Assembly (NCBI GenBank): GCA_039096225.1 | Contig: JBBPEB010000014.1 | Coordinates: 496,001 to 560,000 of the forward strand | Reading direction: 5' to 3' | Origin: Blastocystis sp. Blastoise | Taxonomy: Eukaryota; Protista; Bigyra: Opalinata | Length of the DNA: 64,000 bases | Part shown: piece by piece, positions 34,009 to 59,811 of the stretch | How the letters are laid out: every line of letters begins with the position of its first letter | How positions within the stretch are numbered: position 1 is the first letter of the stretch | Notes under the pieces: model-generated | Seen by the model: the letters and a program-made list of their open reading frames with translations, nothing else | Databases searched by the model: none | Told to the model about the DNA's origin: nothing | Made by a program: the position numbers and the translations under genes

Positions 34009-34341
34009 ACTATATTATTCACTACTAAATATATAGAAATGATATAGTCTTTTTTAACTATTATTCGCAATATTTTTTTCTTTTCTTATTCTATTATTAG
34101 AACTATAATTTTTCTTTTTCTTTTTGTTTTAATTTTATATACATAAAACTTAAAATTGTTTCTTTTTTATTTTTTGCTCTTTCTTTTTTTTTAACTTTAA
34201 TTTAAAACTTTTGTGGTTGTTAAATATCATTACATCTTCCTAAATATGGTAACAAATAATTTACATAAACAAATATATCATTTAACTCTTTAGAAAGTGT
34301 TTTTAAAAGTGAATATACTTTTTTTTTTAAATCTTGACACC

Positions 34342-34886
34342 ATGAATCTTCAATGGGATTCGTTCTTTTCTTCATTAGTATATAGTACTTTTATACTGTT
34401 GGTAAATAATACTATAAATCCTCATCTATTTTAGAATCAAAATGATGGTGTACAAGGAATCATGTTTATCTCCAAACGAAATGATGTACTATACTCAACT
34501 AAGCAGTTAAAGAATATGGAGATACCTTATTCACTCTTGAATGATCTTTTTGTATTGAACGATGAAAACGATATGGTTGCATTTTCTTTTGATAATCAAC
34601 TTTTTCGAATCATAGATTTCAGTGGAGATAAAGTGTATGATGAAAATTTATACTTATTATTAATTATTGTCTAATATATTCTATTATGAATCACCATAGA
34701 CTTGCCATTACGTCCCCAATTGGAAAACAAATTGGATTATATATATTATTAACAAGTTTTGGATATTTAATTATTGAGATGGAATGGTATATATTAATAG
34801 ACAGTTATACTTTTATACTTTTTATTATTATTATAGTTTATCTTGTTATTATTATGAATAATAATATTATTATTATTAATAAAAAC

Positions 34887-34924
<38 letters not shown>

Positions 34925-34999
34925 ATATGATTTAGGAATCCAAGAGCCAATTCATGTGAAATACTAACAAAAGCCAATGAAATAATACAAAACATATAA
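34342..34999 (+). CDS. Divergent profilin-like small protein (4 exons)
   Basis: MNLQWDSFFSSL...GIMFISKRNDVLYST...FSFDNQLFRII...IGLYILLTSFGYLII...C-terminal helix. Size and motif order fit the profilin fold. Confidence 0.5.
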
Positions 35000-35524
35000 T
35001 CCCAACAATATTAAAATAGAAATATTAAAAAAATCTATATATATAAATACAAAAACTATATAAATAATCACTTAGAAGAGGGTTGCATTCTAATATTTTA
35101 AAAAGTATCAGAAAATAATAGAACAACACTAAAAATAGAATGATACTAAAAAAACTATATCTATAAAAAAGAATACATATAAAAACAGGATTGTTTGTTT
35201 GACAAGGTACAAATTAAATAAAGAAAACTAATAAAGATAAAGAGAATAACAAGAGAACATCATGATATGTATAGACAACAGATTGTCAACAAATAATAAA
35301 ACAAAAAAAAACATTAAATAGAATAAAAATAAATAAATATATATGTATATAAAAGTTATATCATACATACACACACTAAGAAAAAGACAATGCTCGCATA
35401 TATACATCAATAACAACGCAAAAAGCAAAATAAAAATGATTCCAGAGAGAAAAAAAGAATTATAAATACAAACAACTCTGTAATATAAGAATAGGATGAA
35501 CAAGAAAATAAGAGTCAAATATTA

Positions 35525-39061
<3,537 letters not shown>

Positions 39062-40548
39062 CTGAGGTTCTTTGATACCAAGAAAATAAGAATGTTCTTT
39101 TATTATATCGAAAAACAATTTATGTACAAAAAGAAGACATCTTCAATTTAGTTTAAAATAACCACGAAACAATCTCCCATATTGAGTCATTTTTCTAAAA
39201 CAACAACGTCATCTGGACTCTTCTGCTTTTTTTCCTGGTTTCGTTTAAGTTTAAAAGATTTAAAAAATTTAAATTATGAAAACATAGTTAGTTCGACTTG
39301 TTTATATGTGAATAACTATAAGAAAATGGATTCAGTTATAAAAAAAGAAATCTTTGTTTTCCAATAATCTTAAAATGGATTATTTTATATGTATTGACGT
39401 GTTACATATGTTATTTTGATTAAGATAGTTTTGCTATAAGAAATAAACATTGAAAATAAGTTGAAAACATTGAAATTTATTTTCTTTTTCACATTTTGGG
39501 TTGGATTTGATTAACTTGTTATGATGTATAATTGTTTATATCCTTATTGGCATGGGAAGATTTTATATTATATTCAAAATATCAAAAGTTATATTTTTGT
39601 TATGTGATGATAATGTTGAAAATGGCCTGAAAATAAATAGAATGAAACATAAGGAATTCAAAACATATTTTTTTTATTAACTTGATATAAATATAACAAA
39701 GAAATATATAAAAGAATTGAAAATTTTATAAAAATTTCTTTTTTCTTTCTGATTTGTTGAGTATACTCGATAAATCATTTGATTATGGGCTATTTTATTT
39801 CTAATGTTTTTCTGTCATTTCTTTATGGACAATTATGAGAATCAAGAACATTTTTGAAAAATAATTACTTTTTGTTATTCTTTATTTTTGTTATTACTAG
39901 GAATCCACTATGACCAATACATATAAAAAAATTGTGACGTATCAAACTCCAGTTTTGTCACTTGATTTGTGAAAGATTGTTACTTTATAGCACGTTTTAT
40001 AGGTTTGTTATTATGAAAAACTTCATAGCAATATGTTAACGATAAAAACATTAGAAAATGACACTATGTGAAGAATAATGTTATAAACGTCAATAAAAAT
40101 CATAGCAACCTAATGAATAAAAAGCAAATATCTTTGTATAATTAATTTACAAATTATTTATTAATGACAATATAAAGTGATCAACAATATATTTAGAAAA
40201 GAAAGCCTATTTAAAAAAAAAAAAGAAAACAACATGTTTTTTCAAAAAGAACAATACAATAATGAAGATTTCCTCCATTCAGAGCCATTCATTGATTAAA
40301 ACGGCAAATAATTGAGAAATGATTCGTTTATTGGTTCCTAAGAAATCCCCTTTTTCTCCTTTATCCATGTAGCCAGAAGGAAAACAAAATTTCCCGTATT
40401 TTTTGAAGAAGAACCGTGAAAGTTCGTCTCTAAATAGCACAGAGAATTGAGTGGTAACCTGTTCTTAAAATAGGGAAACCTGTCTCTTTCTTTTTTTTAT
40501 TTTATAATTATTCATTCTTATCTCTTTGTTGTCCATCTAAATAGAACA

Positions 40549-41221
40549 ATGCTTGCTGCTACTAGTATACTATAGATAAGTTGATATTAATTATATATTA
40601 GAGCTTCGTTATCTTGCTTCCTTTAAGGTTCCTGCTAGATTCTTTTCTGTTTCTCCTTGGTCTAAAAGTCCCTTCCCCATTGCTGATCCCATCTTTGAAC
40701 TTCAAGAACAATTTAATGCTGATAAAGATCCTAGAAAACTTATTTTAGGTATTGGTGCTTATCGTGATGATAATGGAAAACCTTGTGTTCTTCCTTCAAT
40801 CAGAGAAGCTGAACGAAGAATTACTGGTAAGTGTGATCATGAATATTCTACTCTTGCTGGTATTCCTGAATTTAATGACTTAGCTGCAAAATATGCTTTT
40901 GGAGCTGATTGCAAACCCTTAAAACAAAATAGAATTGCTACTTGTCAAGCTATTTCTGGTTCAGGTGCTCTTCGTCTTCTTGCTCAATTATTTGTTGATG
41001 AAGATTATTGTAAAGAAATTTATCTTCCTAAACCAACTTGGGCTAATCATAATGTTATTTTTGAAAAGACTGGAATTAAATGTAAGAGTTATAGATATTT
41101 AAATCCTGATAGACCTGTTCTTAATTATGAAGGAATTCTTGAAGATATTGATTTAGCTCCTGAAGGTTCTACTTTCTTCTTCCATGCTTGTGCTCATAAT
41201 CCTACTGGTATATTATTATAT

Positions 41222-41316
<95 letters not shown>

Positions 41317-42245
41317 TATATATATATATTTATTTATTATTATTATTCTATATAGGTGTTGATCCTAGTCATAAACAATGGGATCAAATCTCTAAACATA
41401 TTCGTGATAAGAATCATCGTGTTATTTTTGATGCTGCTTATTTAGGTTATGCCTCCGGAAGTATTGATAATGATGCCTATTCTATTCGTAAAGTATATAT
41501 ACTATATACATATATTATATTCCTATATACTATTTCTATTCGTATGATTTTATTATCAATATATACTATTTTCAATAAATGAATAGTTCGTTGATGATGG
41601 TCATTATCTCGCTTTATGTTTATCATTCTCCAAGAACTTTGGTCTTTACGGTGAACGTGTTGGGTGTACCTCTATTGTATATATTTATTTTATTTTATTT
41701 TATTTTATTATATTATTATATTATATTATATTATATTATATTATATTATTATTATATTATATTATATTATTATTATATTATATTATTATTATATTATATT
41801 ATATTATATTATAAACTATTATATTATATAGGTATGTGAAGATTATGATGAGAAGAAGAAGGTTCTCGAACAATTAAAATGTGCTGCTCGTTCTCTTTGG
41901 TCTCTCTCTCCTCTATATGGTGCTAGATTAGTCTCTGAAATATTAAGAGATCCTAAACTTTATAAACAATGGGAGGGTGAATGTCGTCAAATGTCTGAAA
42001 GAATAAAGAGTATGAGATATTTATTAGTTGATAACTTAGCTAAATGTGGTAGTGCTAAGGATTGGTCACATATTACTAATCAAATTGGTATGTTTAGTTT
42101 TACTGGCTTATCTCCTGAACAAATTGATCGTTTAAGAGAACAATATCATGTATATATCTTAAGAAATGGCAGAGCCAGTGTTTCGGGTATTAATACTCAT
42201 AATGTGGAATATATTGCTAAAGCTATGCATGAAGTTACCAAGTAA
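40549..42245 (+). CDS. GOT2: Aspartate aminotransferase (subfamily I-alpha), mitochondrial/MRO-targeted
   Basis: Presequence MLAATKLRYLASFKVPARFFS; GIGAYRDDNGKP; HACAHNPTGVDP; PLP-lysine motif SFSKNFGLYGERVG; WSHITNQIGMFSFTGL. Five exons. Confidence 0.93.
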
Positions 42246-42568
42246 AGTCATGTCGACCTATACACTCTATAAATAATACTTTATATATATTCTATATTGT
42301 TGCTAATTAACCATTATTTTATTCTTAAAATGCTTGTATCGTAGTTTTATTACATTTAATTTTTATTTTATTTTTTTAAATTTTTTTTGCATTTTCTTTA
42401 ATTTTGTTTTTATTTTTAGATTCTATATGTTTTACTTTTAACCTTATAAAAGACTATTTGTACATATAACTCGTTGTGTTGTTTTATTGATTTGATATTT
42501 ATTTCTTTACAATAATATAAAAATAAAGACTTTATACAAACAATTATTTATATATATGACATATTATA

Positions 42569-47309
<4,741 letters not shown>

Positions 47310-49792
47310 TGTTCCTATACTACATATATTATTTAAATCTAAAATTAATTCTCAATTACTTTTTTTTAAAGAGGTTTAAGTTTTGAAATTTGTACAGACT
47401 TTTTCTATTTTTCTAGTCATTACGACATAATATTCGTGATTCTTAAAAATAAAACAGTTTTCATTTTTTTTTGTTCCCACCACTTCCTAGAAAACGAGGG
47501 AACAAATTTGATGTCCATTCTATCAACATAAACATCAATAATGTGCGATCTATATATATCTTGATATTGAACATGCATAAATGTATAAGAAGATATATAG
47601 ACTCTTTATGACAAAAGTTTTTAAATATACTAATTCAATTTTATTGAAATAAAATGATTCCCTTTACAAAAAAAAAAATGATGAAAATATGAAACTATAC
47701 TATGCAACATAATAAATATTGTTTTAAAAAATATAATATTTGTTTGAAACACAGTATAATGGGTATATTATGATATTTCGACTATATATGGACATTTTAT
47801 TTTACTCATAATACTTAGTGTATTCCCAAAAGAGAGTTGATTCATAATTTCTTTCATGAAGAAAATGTTTAAAGTAGTTTTAGTCAACAAATGTGTATAT
47901 TCTGAAGAAATTATAGTCATATATAAAAATTGAATAATTCTTTTAATACACATATGCATTATCATTCAATACTAGAAAAATGAATATTCCATAATCCAAC
48001 AGATCAACATATATCTACGATGACTCCTTAAATGATCATTATTTAACATAAATATTTAATAATATTCATTGACCTCACTAGACTAGACAGATAATATTAA
48101 ACAGAACACATTATAATAATTCTTTGATGAAAAATAGTATATAAATCGAAAATTAATTCCAAAACACGTTGTTTTTACATACTGTTCTTATTTATTCAAT
48201 GTCTACATCCTATGTAGTTTTTAATATGCCTAATAAAAATGGTTCTTTGAAGACGTTAAGAATCGTAAAAGTAGAATCGCATTCGTAAATGCATTAGAAA
48301 TGATATTATTACGTTTGGTATATTATTTACTGATTACTTGACTAAAAATAAGACTCGAAATGTATACTGTTAACATGTAGTTTTTCGAACGACGACCTAT
48401 ATCAAAATACTGAATAGGCTATAATCAATAAGGTGTATGAAGGATGCTCATGATCATGAATTTGCTGAATAGATTTCACATAGTTCGAAGCTCATGATCT
48501 TTTTAGTGACTGGTTAGAATCTAGTAATCTAGTTGCAAAATATAATATGAGCTATTCTCTATAAATAGAAAGTAGTCCCATAAGAATGTGACCAGTCACA
48601 TTCGAGGAATTAGCAAAAAATGAATAAATAGTATTTAATTATTTTAGAGAGCATAAACAATATACATAGATAGATTGTAGCAAATGAGATAAATTTAGAG
48701 ATGATTTGAAGATTTTAGTAGATATAAATATAGTAAGATGAAGCATGTTAATTAATTGTTGACACATCATATAAAGAATAAATATGCAAACAAATAGATC
48801 TATCATGTTCAATAAGGTATTTGAACATTTTGATTTGAATTCATGTTGATTAATGTGGTTCATTTTCATAAAATGATTTCGTTTTTGATTAGAAAAGGAT
48901 GTATATAAGAGTTATAGATGATATTAAGAATTTGGAGTTGATATATCTAGTATTTCTAGAAATTGTTGATTCCTCAATTTGAGCTAGAAAGATGGATATT
49001 TGTTGATAATTATATATTGAATGAATGAATAATCATAGAAACCTAGTTATTGGATACATTTACTCTCTATAGAATCAACAAAAAAGAAATTAATGGACGA
49101 TGATACTTGTTTGGAAATAATAACGCATTTTATAACTAATAACAACATTGCACAACAAGAGAACGCTCTAAATCAGATGACTCTGATACTACAAAAGCAG
49201 TAAAAGATCAAATGAATGAACCCAAATGGGGAGCAGAGTCTCTTGAGTACTATTGACCCAATACAGATCAACATGAAGTTATTATTCTTTAAAAAGTTAA
49301 TCTTCTTAGTCTATTTTTATTCGTTTTCAAATGCAGTAAACATCTAAAAACAAAATAAAAATGAAATTGAAGTCTCTCTTCCAAAAGAGAATGCTAGAAG
49401 TCTTTCTTAGATGCGTCATTCGACTCAAATTCTGGACCACACATTCATGATCTTGTTTATTCATCGAAAATCTGCTAAAAACAATTAAAAACCAAAAATA
49501 GTTGGTTTTTACTGCGAAATTTCGATAAAAAACAAATTTCCATAAAACAATTTGAAAAAGTCTCTATGTTTTGTTTTTTCTTTAGGAAATTGATCTAAAC
49601 ATGAATTCTGACCTTAATTGATGTAATTATGACGAACTCTTAATAATCCAATCAATAATCAGATGATTACAAAAGCAACAAATTTCAAGGATTGGTCAAT
49701 TTTGAAGAAAACGAAATGATAAGAACTGGGAATGTTACATATTTAATTTGTTTTTCTATAAAAAACTATTTTCTTTTACGAATAATTTCATT

Positions 49793-51025
49793 ATGGAAAA
49801 GTTAGCTCCTGGACACTTTTTATTTACATCTGAATCAGTTAATGAAGGCCATCCTGGTATGATAGATTTTAAATTGTGTTATATTTTTTTTTAAAGAAAA
49901 AATTGAATATATATATATAAATATATAGATAAGCTTTGTGATCAAGTATCCGATGCTATTCTTGATGCTTGTTTAGCTCAAGATCCTAACGCTAAGGTTG
50001 CTTGTGAAACAGCTACTAAGACTGGAATGGTTATGATTTTTGGAGAAATAACTACTTCTGCTAAGGTTGATTTAGAGAATGTTGTTCGTACTACTGTTCG
50101 TGATATAGGTTATGATTCAGCTGAGAAAGGAATTGATTGTAATAAGTGTAATGTTATCGTTGCTATTGAACAACAAAGTCCTGATATTGCTCAAGGTGTT
50201 CATCTTAATAAGAAGATAGAAGATATAGGTGCTGGTGATCAAGGTATTATGTTTGGTTATGCTACAGATGAAACTGAAGAATATATGCCTCTTTCTCATT
50301 TATTAGCTACTCGTTTAGGTAAACGTTTAACTGATGTACGTAAGGATGGTACTCTTAAATGGTTACGTCCTGATGGTAAAACTCAAGTTACTATTGAATA
50401 TAAAGAAGAAGAAGGTCGTATGGTTCCTATTCGTGTTCATACTATTGTTATTAGTACTCAACATGAACCTGATGTCACTAACGAACAAATTCATCAAGAT
50501 ATTATGGAATATGTTATTAAACCTATTGTTCCTGAAAAATATTTAGATGAAAATACTATTTATTATATTAATCCTTCTGGTCGTTTTATTATTGGTGGAC
50601 CTCATGGTGATGCTGGTCTTACTGGTCGTAAGATTATTGTAGATACTTATGGTGGTTGGGGTGCTCATGGTGGTGGTGCTTTCTCTGGTAAAGATGCTTC
50701 TAAAGTCGATAGATCTGCTGCTTATGCTGCTAGATGGATAGCTAAATCTCTTGTTCATGCTAAACTCTGTCATCGTGTTTGTGTTCAACTCTCTTATGCT
50801 ATTGGTGTTGCTCATCCTCTTTCTATTCATATCGATACTTATGGTACAGGAAAACGTGATGAAGAAGAACTTGTTGAAATTGTCAATAAAAACTTCGATT
50901 TACGTCCTGGTTGCATTGTTCGTGATTTAGGATTAAATAACCCTATTTTCAAAGCTACTTCTTCTTATGGACACTTTGGTCGTCCTGAATTCGCTTGGGA
51001 ACAAGTCAAAGATCTTCAATTTTAA
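49793..51025 (+). CDS. MAT: S-adenosylmethionine synthetase (canonical MAT type)
   Basis: [53 protein letters not shown]. One intron; strong T/A-ending codon bias typical of high expression. Confidence 0.98.
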
Positions 51026-51809
51026 GAACATTATTCTATAATGATCTATCCTTCTATATCTAGTTACTTGTAATGTTTCTTATCTTTTCGTCTTTTTTAT
51101 TTTTTAAATAAATGAATTAGTTTGTTTATTCTATATTTTATTTCTTTCCTTTTTCCTTTTTTTCTTATCTATATTTATATTATTTTTGATTATTGATGTA
51201 ATACGTTATACAGTGTGTACTCAGATGTTTTGTTCTTATAATAAACTTTTAATTAAAATCAAACTTTCAAAATATATTCTGATAATTAATAAATATATAT
51301 ATGTTTTAAAATATATATACATCCACTTAAAAATTAAATTAATTTATAAAAAGTATTTAAAATACTGATTTTATTTTTTTCTTCATATTCAGGAGCATTT
51401 ATATATTATATTAGCATCATTTGAAGATTGTTTTGACGTCAATTTATAAATTAAAATGACATTTTCAAATATAATAATACTTTTTTTATACCACTGTCAA
51501 TTGTATGATTTTGTAGTCATCATTATTATTCATAACAGAAAAAGAAAGAGAAGATAAAGATGTAAATAAAGCCTATTTTTCAAACTAAAATATATTCATG
51601 GGAAAATTATATTTTCCAGTGACACTTTTTAATCAACAATTGTGAATGGTCATGGTGAAAAATTAATTCATTGTTTTCTAGACAATAAAGTAAGAATACT
51701 TTTAATTGTGGAATATTTATCCATTTTAAATTTATTTGTTTATCATCAACATCACCGTAAGTAGACTTACTTAATACGGTTATATCTAAGTTATTTGTTT
51801 GTATAGAAA

Positions 51810-52908
<1,099 letters not shown>

Positions 52909-53266
52909 ATTTGTTAAACATTATTTATAGATTATCCTATTCTCATATATATACACATCTCTTTTTTTTATATTAAATAAACTATTCCTTCTCTTTTAAT
53001 CTATATATATATATATACGAATAACAGAATCATATTAAATGGGTTTATTATATTTATTTGAGTTTAAAGTACATGAAAATCATTTACTTTTTCTTGTTCA
53101 TATGTTTTAACTCTTTTTCCACTTCATTTTCTCTTCGTTTTGTTAGATTTTTAATCAATTATTACCATTTTTCACATTTTTCAACCGAATTTTTTTTTTT
53201 GGATTTGTGTGCTTGATTGTCATTTATCCGAAATAAATCAAGCAGATATTTTCTTTATTCTTTATA

Positions 53267-56203
<2,937 letters not shown>

Positions 56204-56928
56204 ATTATACTTCTACTAGTACTCTACATATATATTTATTCATTTTAGCTATATAGCTATTTTTTCATACCTTAATACACTTTTTCTTATTATCTTTTGA
56301 TTACTGATACATTGTTGCTAATACATTCATGCCTATTCATTTATTATAATTCGTGTGTAATTCATTCATGCTTCTTTCTCTTGTATTATCATATTCTATT
56401 TCATAATTTGTGAGTTTTCTATTCTATATTATTCAAAATTTTATTGTTTGTTTTCATCCATATTGATTTGTGTCCTATTAAACTAAAAATACATTTTATA
56501 AATTTTTTTTTTCATGTTCAACATAGATCTCTTTATTATTTAAACTCTTTTTTATCTACTTTTTATATTATTAAAATAGATCAAACAACAGCAAATGATA
56601 ATTCACATAAACTAAAACCATTGTATAAAAACTATTATTAAATAGAATGATTATGTAAACAGAACATATTATTCTGTATTAAATATTGGAAATAAAATAA
56701 TAATACAATAAATAGAATGCCATCAATATATATATTACAATATATATATTCAAAATAAACAATATAAACATATAAAAATACACAAAAATATGAATATAAT
56801 TATGAAGAAATAAACAATATACATAATTATTATTTTATTAAAATAGAGTTTTCGAAATGCATATATCAAATAAAATACAACGAAAAATATATATATAAAG
56901 GAAATAACATTAATTTGATTCATTATAA

Positions 56929-59094
56929 TTATTCTTCCATGTCACGTATATACATTTCTATTTCAGCCACTTTAAACATATCATTTTTAACATCATCTTT
57001 GGCAGTAACAAAAAGCGCGGGTGTATATTTTGGATCCCATGATCGAGGAGGTTGATATATATTACCATCATTTTCAATGCGACTATTTTCATTTGTGTCA
57101 CAACGATAGGTAATATGAATACCGCCATCTAAAGTGGAGGGAATCATAGCTTCATCAATAGATGTTGTTTTATCTAAACGCTTGTAAATGATTGGAGGAA
57201 CGTCACGTGCATTTTCAAGAGTGAACAAATACACATCATAATGAGTTTTTGTGACATCTATATAGTAATAATTATATATATAAAACGAATTATTTTATAA
57301 TACTAATTATTTTAAAAAATAAAGGAATCAAATGATATATACATATATTAGTTTATTTATATATTAATAATATACATACATGTATCTTCAACAGGAACTT
57401 TAATAGTTCCTTTCTGTATATATCTTCCGAATATACATTCAATTTGATTACAATATACTTTAAATATACAAATAGAATCATCAAGATCATATTGAGATTT
57501 CACAGTATAATATTCATCAAAGGTCTGTTCAGTAGCTCTAGATACATAATAATAATTATAATAATTAAAAGAATAGAATAATTATTATTATGATAATTAA
57601 AAGAATAGTATAATAAGAATTATAATAATAAAAAGAATAGAATAATAATTATGATAATTAAAAGAATAGAATAATAATTATAATAATTAAAGAATAGTAT
57701 AATAAAAACTATAATAATTAAAGAATAGTATAATAAGAATTATAATAATAAAAACAATAGCATAATATATATTATTATACAAAAAAAAAATAAATAATAA
57801 TTATTAAAAAAAAAACAATATCATAATATATATTATTAAATAAAAAATAAAAATAAATAATAAAACTATATAAATACCTATACACCATTTTCCATTTTTT
57901 ATTCTTTTCAAAGAGAGTGCTTCCTTTCACAAACCATTTCAATATATATTTATCATACATTGCAGTAGTAATTATAGAACTCTCTGGAAATACTATACTT
58001 CCTTTAAATACTTGTTGATTCTTAGGTATATATATATCTAGATAAGAAGCTTCTTTTAAAAATAATTTCGTATCTGTATAAGATAAAGATATCGTATTAA
58101 TGTTCCCCGTACGAATAAATGTATGGAAAATATCTTGAAACTTTAATTTTATACTAATCTTAATAGCAGTTTCTTCATGATTAAATTCAATATCTCCATA
58201 TTTCTGTTTTTGAAAGAAAGGAATTAATAATTTATTCTCATTCATATAATGAGTAAGTAATAAATCATTTTTACCATTAACATTAATAATCATCGAATTT
58301 AACCATTCCGTTACAACAGTATATCCTTTAGCCTTTTTCCCTAGGGTTAAAAGTTCATCTCGATAGGGAAGACGAAAGAAGGAAAATGCTTTTGAAACTT
58401 GAATTGCTTGTTCTTCATTAAATGATTCATAATCAATTGGATCTTCATTCATATAATGAACCATTAAATTGATATAATCAGAAGGATAATCAATATAATA
58501 ATTCCCATTAGAATCTAAAGAACATGGATCTTGTATTAATTCTGCAAAATAAGTACCTGGATACTTATATAATATATCTTTGACTATACAATAAGTTTCT
58601 TGAGAATTATTACCCACAAAAGAAGGAACTATCTGCTGATTCGTTAACATTGCAGATGTATTCATCGCATCTACTGGCTTATCTAATGCTAATACATTCA
58701 AAATGTCATTTTTTATATTTAAAAACAAAGCAAGACTTTCGTTATCATCAAAGGAATCTAGAGAAGAGAGAAATCCTACAGTCATCTCACCTGCCTCCTT
58801 TGTATATTTCTCAACAAGTTCTTTCTTTTTCTTCTCACAGTTATCTAAATCACTAATAATTTGTGTTGTTAAACTACTAACATTCTGATAATAACGATCA
58901 ACCAGAGTCTTCTTGTTATTAAATTTTTCTAACTGTATATTCAAATACTGATTGATCTCATCTTTCAAAGCAAGAGACAAAATCTGTTTTTGTTTCTCAG
59001 AATCTTTTGATAACGATGACAAACAAGAAGATATCGTTCTCGTATTCGTATCGAAACTATCTAAAGCATCACATAACTTATGAAACACATCCAT
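56929..59094 (-). CDS. Coiled-coil + BTB/POZ-like + TLDc-like domain protein
   Basis: BTB-like segment (LYKYPGTYF..L......GNYYID....INLMVHYM) and TLDc-like tail (KWKMVYRATE...IFGRY...YLFTL...FKVAEIEMY). Three coding exons. Confidence 0.7.
57545..57760. repeat. Intronic minisatellite, about 29-bp unit (ATAATAATTAAAAGAATAG...), about 7 copies
   Basis: Visible tandem array in the first coding intron of the BTB-TLDc gene. Confidence 0.75.
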
Positions 59095-59285
59095 TTCCAA
59101 CGTACTAAGCTAATATGAAGCTATAAATAACATAGTAATATTAACAGGAGTGCATATACATGTATTCAATAGTATTGAATAGACTTAGCAGTGTCTAAAG
59201 TTATAAAAAGAGTATTGAACTTGTTTCCTGATTTCAAGTTGACTTCTGTAGTTAGCTATGCGAATAGGAGAGCTTTCAATATAAA

Positions 59286-59358
59286 GCCCGTCTAGCTCAG
59301 TCGGTAGAGCGCCAGGCTCTTAACCTGGTGGTCGGGGGTTCGAGCCCCCCGGTGGGCG
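59286..59358 (+). tRNA. tRNA-Lys (anticodon CTT)
   Basis: Acceptor stem GCCCGTC/GGTGGGC plus G discriminator, D-arm GCTCAGTCGGTAGAGC, anticodon arm CCAGG-CTCTTAA-CCTGG, T-loop GTTCGAG, oligo-T terminator just downstream. Confidence 0.97.
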
Positions 59359-59811
59359 CTTCTTTTTATTATTTATAAATAATTTTAAAATTATGACTCT
59401 TTTTTTATTGATTTTGAGAGATATAAAAAATAAAGAATTGACAGACTTAAATTAGTTTATAATGATATAAAGAACAAAAATCGAATTGTCTACAATAGAA
59501 TAAGAGAAGCGTTAATTGCATAGCAGGAGCGAACACTCGAATAGTAACAGTAGAAGAGGAAGAAGAAAGAATAGAAAAATATTTATAAAAAATAAATAGA
59601 GATATAAAAACTATTAATTATTTTCTATGAAATAATAAAAACATTTATAAGAAAACGATATAATTGAGGTAATATACAAAGAGTAATGTATGAATAAAAA
59701 TAAATAGAGATATATAGATATATTAAAAACAAAATAGAAAATAGAAAACAAATGAATATATATATATAGAACTACTCTTTTAAATAGATATATATTTGTA
59801 AATCGATATAT

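Noticed and set aside
47400-49700. 2.3-kb microsatellite-poor spacer between CTF18 and MAT, possibly a decayed gene or element
   Set aside because: No consistent exon chain, terminal repeats or recognisable domain. A tblastx search would be needed to revive it.
51433-51442. Perfect CRE-like palindrome TTGACGTCAA upstream of eIF4E
   Set aside because: Single short site that cannot be distinguished from chance.
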